Shown here one piece after another: positions 59,621 to 64,000 of a stretch of 64,000 bases of DNA. The stretch comes from Methanotrichaceae archaeon (GTDB taxonomy: Archaea > Halobacteriota > Methanosarcinia > Methanotrichales > Methanotrichaceae). The stretch spans positions 1-64,000 of the forward strand of contig CAWDLW010000011.1 in the NCBI GenBank assembly GCA_963803145.1, in the 5' to 3' direction. The first letter of the stretch is position 1. Each line of letters opens with the position of its first letter. The translations under genes and the position numbers were made by a program. The notes beneath the pieces are model-generated. The model saw only the letters and a list, made by a program, of their open reading frames with translations. It was not told where the DNA came from and ran no database searches.

Positions 59621-60160
59621 CTATCCTACTCTTTCAACATGTCTTATAAGATCCCATCCTATTACAAAGCTCTCATCTACAGCTGAGAGGAGCTCGTCAT
59701 GGATGGAGCTTGGGGAGTAGTATAGTACGGCAAGCACTCCCGCATCCTTTGCGGATTCGATTGCTGGCACAAAGTCGCTATCGCCCGTCACAATGACTGC
59801 TTTTGAGATCGACCGCTCACAGCTTAGCTTCACAAGATCCACAGCGAGTGCGATATCCACTCGCTTCTGAACAAATTCGCCGCCTACACAGCCAAGTCTA
59901 CCAAGTTTTACCTCGAATCTGGGAAGCTTTTTAAGTGTGTAGACAAATTTATCCATGGCTGCAAATCTCTTGCGCTCGTCGTCTGTCGGAGGACAGCTCT
60001 GGTAAGGCATGCAGTTATAGTAGTATGTTCTCAATCGCTCATAATCACCGCAAAGCACGTCTGAAAACTTGGCAAGATCTATCTTTGGCTTGCCGAAATC
60101 GATATCCAGAACCTTCGTTAAGTAGGCACCATCTATGAATACAGCAGCACGGTTATACAA
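59621..60160 (-). CDS. NYN-domain (LabA/DUF88) protein
   Basis: VFIDGAY, QKRVDIALAVD and TGDSDFVPAI motifs. Confidence 0.93.
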   Translation of the reverse strand: MYNRAAVFIDGAYLTKVLDIDFGKPKIDLAKFSDVLCGDYERLRTYYYNCMPYQSCPPTDDERKRFAAMDKFVYTLKKLPRFEVKLGRLGCVGGEFVQKRVDIALAVDLVKLSCERSISKAVIVTGDSDFVPAIESAKDAGVLAVLYYSPSSIHDELLSAVDESFVIGWDLIRHVERVG

Positions 60161-60377
60161 AACAGTCCCTCTTAGAACCTATTATTTACTGCCATCCACG
60201 TGAACGGCAGTGTTTATTATAATCCTAACTTTCCCGGCTTCGGTATATTTAACTTACGCTAGCCTGAATCAGTACTAATTCTTCTTAGCTTTGATCATTA
60301 GATCTTCAAATAATTTATTTACCTGTACTCTACGCCACTTTCAATTATAAATTTTTTGAGATCCGTCATAAGAAGCT

Positions 60378-60650
60378 TCAACTGCTGTCATTGCTAATCT
60401 TATTGCCTTTCTTGGGCTCTTTGCTAAAGCTCTTATAGATGGTTTCAAGCAATTCATCGCCGCGTGACTCAGGTAGATCTCTCTTCTCGACTTCAGCATA
60501 GCAAATCCAGACTCCGATAGCATCCTTGATCTCCTTAAGTGCTTCCTCCTCCGTCTCACCGAAGGCCGAACATCCTCGCAGCTCAGGTGCAACAGCAATA
60601 TATCCATTGGCCTTTTCGCTATAAACTATCTCGATTGCATATTTATTCAT
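60378..60650 (-). CDS. hicB: HicB-family antitoxin (no adjacent hicA seen)
   Basis: YIAVAPELRGCSAFGETEEEALKEIKDAI. Confidence 0.85.
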   Translation of the reverse strand: MNKYAIEIVYSEKANGYIAVAPELRGCSAFGETEEEALKEIKDAIGVWICYAEVEKRDLPESRGDELLETIYKSFSKEPKKGNKISNDSS

Positions 60651-60665
60651 TGGATCAATCCGAGC

Positions 60666-61109
60666 CTATTTAATCGCTTCCTTCACAATCTCCAAAAGCT
60701 GAATGTCGAATGTCAGGGTTTGCTCTGAAAGAGGATGGTTTGCATCAAGGGTGACAGTATTCTCATCCATGTCGGTTATCATTACTGGAACCACCTGGTC
60801 GTTAGACGCACAGACCTCTAGGGTCATTCCCAATTCGGGCTTTACGTCCTCTGGAAGGTCCTTTTTATCTATGGTTATAACTCTGTCTTCTCTATATTTT
60901 CCATATGCTTTCTCTGGAGGTAACTTTACTGTCTTCGATTCTCCTGGGCTCATACCTATTACCGCCTCCTCGAAGCCGGGTATGAACTTGCCTGAGCCGA
61001 TTTCGAACTCCAATGGCTCTTCCCCTTTTGACGTGTCGAAAGGTACGCCGGTGTCAAGCTTGCCTGTGTAATGCACCTTTACAGTATCTCCTTTCTTTGC
61101 AGTTGCCAT
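60666..61109 (-). CDS. slyD: FKBP-type peptidyl-prolyl isomerase (SlyD-like)
   Basis: GDTVKVHYTGKL...FIPGFEEA...LDANHPL; start at ATG 61109. Confidence 0.92.
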   Translation of the reverse strand: MATAKKGDTVKVHYTGKLDTGVPFDTSKGEEPLEFEIGSGKFIPGFEEAVIGMSPGESKTVKLPPEKAYGKYREDRVITIDKKDLPEDVKPELGMTLEVCASNDQVVPVMITDMDENTVTLDANHPLSEQTLTFDIQLLEIVKEAIK

Positions 61110-61230
61110 TTTTACGCCTCTTAAATCGCTGAAATTACTTGAAATAAAAAATGCTGCTTCAACTATATAGCTGATATGCCAGTAGGAGCCATCCACATAG
61201 CACCCGAGAAAGATCTCGCTTCAGCTGCTC

Positions 61231-61416
61231 ATGGTTATCGAGGAGAACGCCAACATAAAGGTTATCCGTGCCTCTGATGCAGAAGGGGCACTCGAAAAGA
61301 TTAAGGAACTGATACATAAAGGCGCCGAAGCCATGAACGGCTCATCAACTACGTTTAAAGAAATAGGCCGTCAGAATCTATTGAATCGTGGCTGTTTGGG
61401 TTGGAAGAACCTATAA
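61231..61416 (+). pseudogene. LUD-domain (lactate utilisation) protein fragment
   Basis: ALEKIKELI...MNGSSTTFKEIG resembles a LUD N-terminus; truncated. Confidence 0.55.
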
Positions 61417-61596
61417 AAAATTATTACATCAATGTCTGATGGCAAATCAAAATTACAAAGCCTTTTGACCAACAGGTATATCATCCAGAGAGACCATTTA
61501 GTGGTGCTGCATATGCGTCGATTCAAAGAGATTTGTTGAGATGTTTTTTGTGGCAGGTTCGATTCTTTGAATCGATACAAAAGGTAAGTGAATTAA

Positions 61597-61797
61597 ATGT
61601 TCGAGAGAAAGTATGGAAGCAGCAGTGGCGGCAGCAGAGGCGGCTACAGCAGCGGTCCGAGAGAGATGACAGACGTAACATGTTCAGAATGCGGGAAGCA
61701 GACACAAGTCCCCTTCAAGCCAGACGGAACAAGGCCCGTTTACTGCAGCGAGTGCTATCAGAAGCATAAGCCTGCAAGGCCATCCAGAAGATACTAA
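61597..61797 (+). CDS. CxxC-x17-CxxC domain protein
   Basis: CSECGKQTQVPFKPDGTRPVYCSECY with a Gly/Ser/Arg-rich leader. Confidence 0.92.
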   Translation: MFERKYGSSSGGSRGGYSSGPREMTDVTCSECGKQTQVPFKPDGTRPVYCSECYQKHKPARPSRRY

Positions 61798-61963
61798 ACC
61801 GATTTGATTATTACTTAATCGATCTGTTAATCAGACTGTAACCGCAACAGCGGAAAAGACTATGCAGGGCAATTTTATGCCCCGCCAAATTTTTAGGCCC
61901 TCGCCATCTTGTGCGACTCTTCAAATGCTGTTCTGACGCGAGTGGCTGGCAGACTATGCCAAA

Positions 61964-62482
61964 ATGCGCATACGATGCCAGAATAGATCAAAAAAGCAAC
62001 TTGAAGCCGAGATTTCCATGGTCACAATGGATAAAAATAGAATGAGTGAGCACAAGCAGGTGATGATTTTTAATTCAGTATTAAACGAAATGATTGAGGT
62101 TGATGAGGGAATAGCTCCCTTGCTCAAGGCGATATGGAATTTAGGAATTGCAACATGTAATTCCTGCCAGGAAAACAAGCCTGGAATTATATGGATAGAA
62201 TTCTCTAGGGCCGAAGACGCAGAAATATTTTTGACCCGCATAGCATCATGCCTCGATCCTGTTAATAGCCCTGCAGCGGATAACTGGCTATATTCCAGAA
62301 TAATAGGCCAAAACGAGGGCTGGCGATATAGCGCACACCCCCATGATTCCAGAGAATATATCGATGAGGAAAACGGCACATTAGAATTGAACGCCTCTGA
62401 ACGATGTAGAATTGCACTATCGATATCGATTCGCTTTCCAGTCAAAGACTACGAAAGACTGCTCGATCTGGTGGGAAGATAG
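61964..62482 (+). CDS. Hypothetical protein (start may lie downstream, about 62018-62042)
   Basis: VDEGIAPLLKAIWNLGIATCNSCQ...IWIEF motif; long ORF. Confidence 0.7.
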   Translation: MRIRCQNRSKKQLEAEISMVTMDKNRMSEHKQVMIFNSVLNEMIEVDEGIAPLLKAIWNLGIATCNSCQENKPGIIWIEFSRAEDAEIFLTRIASCLDPVNSPAADNWLYSRIIGQNEGWRYSAHPHDSREYIDEENGTLELNASERCRIALSISIRFPVKDYERLLDLVGR

Positions 62483-62601
62483 CTAATGATGAGTAGCTAC
62501 AATAATTGCACAGAATAATGAAATTATGAATAATAAAAAATTATTATAATAGTATAAACGATAATGGGAAAATTATCTCTGAGATAAGGTGAATTCGCTT
62601 C

Positions 62602-62946
62602 GTGGAGGAATCTAAAATTGACCAATCTATAGCTACAGAGACGAAAAAATTCGATAATATAGTCTCGGAGCTGAGGCGGAGGGGGATTGTAGTACTGATG
62701 CATCGCTCTACAAGGTGGGGCTATGTTGTAGATGCTGTTATCCCCTCGGCAAAGGTGGTTATTCTGAAGACGCCAGATCTGAGCAGACAATTTAAAATGG
62801 CACTGAGCATGTTCCATGATATGGTAAATAGACTTGAAGGCGATGGATATCGAGTCCTTGTAGTGCCAAAAAGCAGCATGAATGAGGCACAGATAAACGC
62901 CTTCTGTGACCAGGTTACCGCTGAACAACCCCTTGCTGCTGCATGA
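62602..62946 (+). CDS. Hypothetical protein, weak DUF559/Vsr-like fold
   Basis: AGGTGA RBS; GYVVDAVIPSAKVVI...LEGDGYRVLVV. Confidence 0.6.
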   Translation: MEESKIDQSIATETKKFDNIVSELRRRGIVVLMHRSTRWGYVVDAVIPSAKVVILKTPDLSRQFKMALSMFHDMVNRLEGDGYRVLVVPKSSMNEAQINAFCDQVTAEQPLAAA

Positions 62947-63187
62947 TTCATTTCATGCCCCTCCATGATATAACCGTGCTTGTCAAGAGAAAAAACAGGA
63001 AGACGGCAAGGCAATAGGCGGTAAGGTAGCAGCACATGATATGAGGCTGAGGGGATTTCTTGCCCTTAATGAGTTCATCTAATGTAGAACTCTTATATCG
63101 CAAGGAGTCGGTCCAGCTTTCTTACATTCTGGTATAGTAATCCCAAAGATAGCTTTCCAGAGGCCAAGATAAGATAGGCATTAGCGT

Positions 63188-63484
63188 TTGAAGCCTCTGA
63201 GGAATATAGCAAATCAAAGCGAGGAGCCGATAATGACTTGTGATCGTTGCACTAGAGCACCTGTTGGTGCATGCGTAGGCGAGGCGTTCTGTGCCGCCAT
63301 CCATCTGACTGATGAGGATGCCTGCGTGCTGGCAGCTGATGACTGCCTTTCCTGGTGGCAGAAAAGAGACATTGAGATAAAAATAGATGATACACTCTGG
63401 ATGATGTCCGAGCAGAGAATAAACGAGTTGTCAAACGACCCAAAGATAGCCAGAGCGTATCTTGCAGATAGGATTATTGACTGA
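63188..63484 (+). CDS. Hypothetical Cys-rich protein (start possibly ATG 63233)
   Basis: GAGGAG precedes MTCDRC; no family recognised. Confidence 0.5.
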   Translation: MKPLRNIANQSEEPIMTCDRCTRAPVGACVGEAFCAAIHLTDEDACVLAADDCLSWWQKRDIEIKIDDTLWMMSEQRINELSNDPKIARAYLADRIID

Positions 63485-64000
63485 ATGGTTTCCGGGTGTT
63501 TCTCAATTTTCTCGGAACTATTCTAGTAGAAGACTTCATTAAATACTCTTTTATACAATTTGGAGTTTCTAACACTATGAATTCTGCATCTATATCCCGC
63601 TAACTACGCCTGGTTCTCCTAATTCTTTTAGGCGATTAGTAGTGGGGACCATGTAAATTACTATCTGCGGATTTCCCTTTCAGCCTTGCTATGAGCGTTT
63701 CATCTGCCATTAGTTCTCACCTTATCATCAAATACGCACCAAACTTTAATTTGCAGCAATACCTGAGGCAGATAGCTGAGTATATCGAATCATAGTGGAA
63801 TCATCACTGTGGTTAACGTGGAGAAGATACTCAAACAAACTCGTGATATACAAGATATACAAAAATAGATAACGGCTATTCGATTACTGAATAGCCTCTC
63901 AAGCGTTTACAGCCCTCAATAGATTACCAATGCCTGACAGTATGTGGCTTACGAAGGCCTGGTTTGCTCATGCTCTCCTGCCTGAAACTTCTAGATAAGG

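Noticed and set aside
63500-64000. Terminal region with a hairpin near 63874-63896
   Set aside because: No supportable ORF; the hairpin is likely a terminator of a gene beyond the window.

Overview
Archaeal DNA, most likely from an acetoclastic methanogen of the Methanothrix/Methanotrichaceae type; this is inferred from the fpoA-B-CD-H-I-J1-J2-K-L operon with fused CD and a Lys/Ala-rich FpoI tail, the methanogenesis-marker cluster atwA-mmp3-6-5-15-17-7, deoxyhypusine synthase and BRE/TATA promoters. Housekeeping genes flank an accessory island at about 15.4-28.0 kb, bounded by a truncated flavoprotein gene and a truncated toxin-antitoxin pair. The island holds small DNA-binding proteins with repeated sites, an IS1, an IS5 and an AT-rich three-gene operon: NurA-like nuclease, HerA ATPase and a tRNA-guanine-transglycosylase-like (TGT-fold) protein. 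The TGT-like gene only becomes visible after excising the IS5 in silico. This operon is the best candidate for an undescribed defence or DNA-modification system, although here it is disrupted by both IS elements. Other highlights are a ~340-nt highly structured, promoter-bearing ncRNA candidate (27331-27671, minus strand), a second structured RNA motif present twice (about 52.9 kb and 58.5 kb), a Shedu nuclease next to Lhr-MPE, and a catalytically degenerate Toprim-like protein. No rRNA, tRNA or CRISPR array was seen. All protein calls rest on motif recognition, not database searches.
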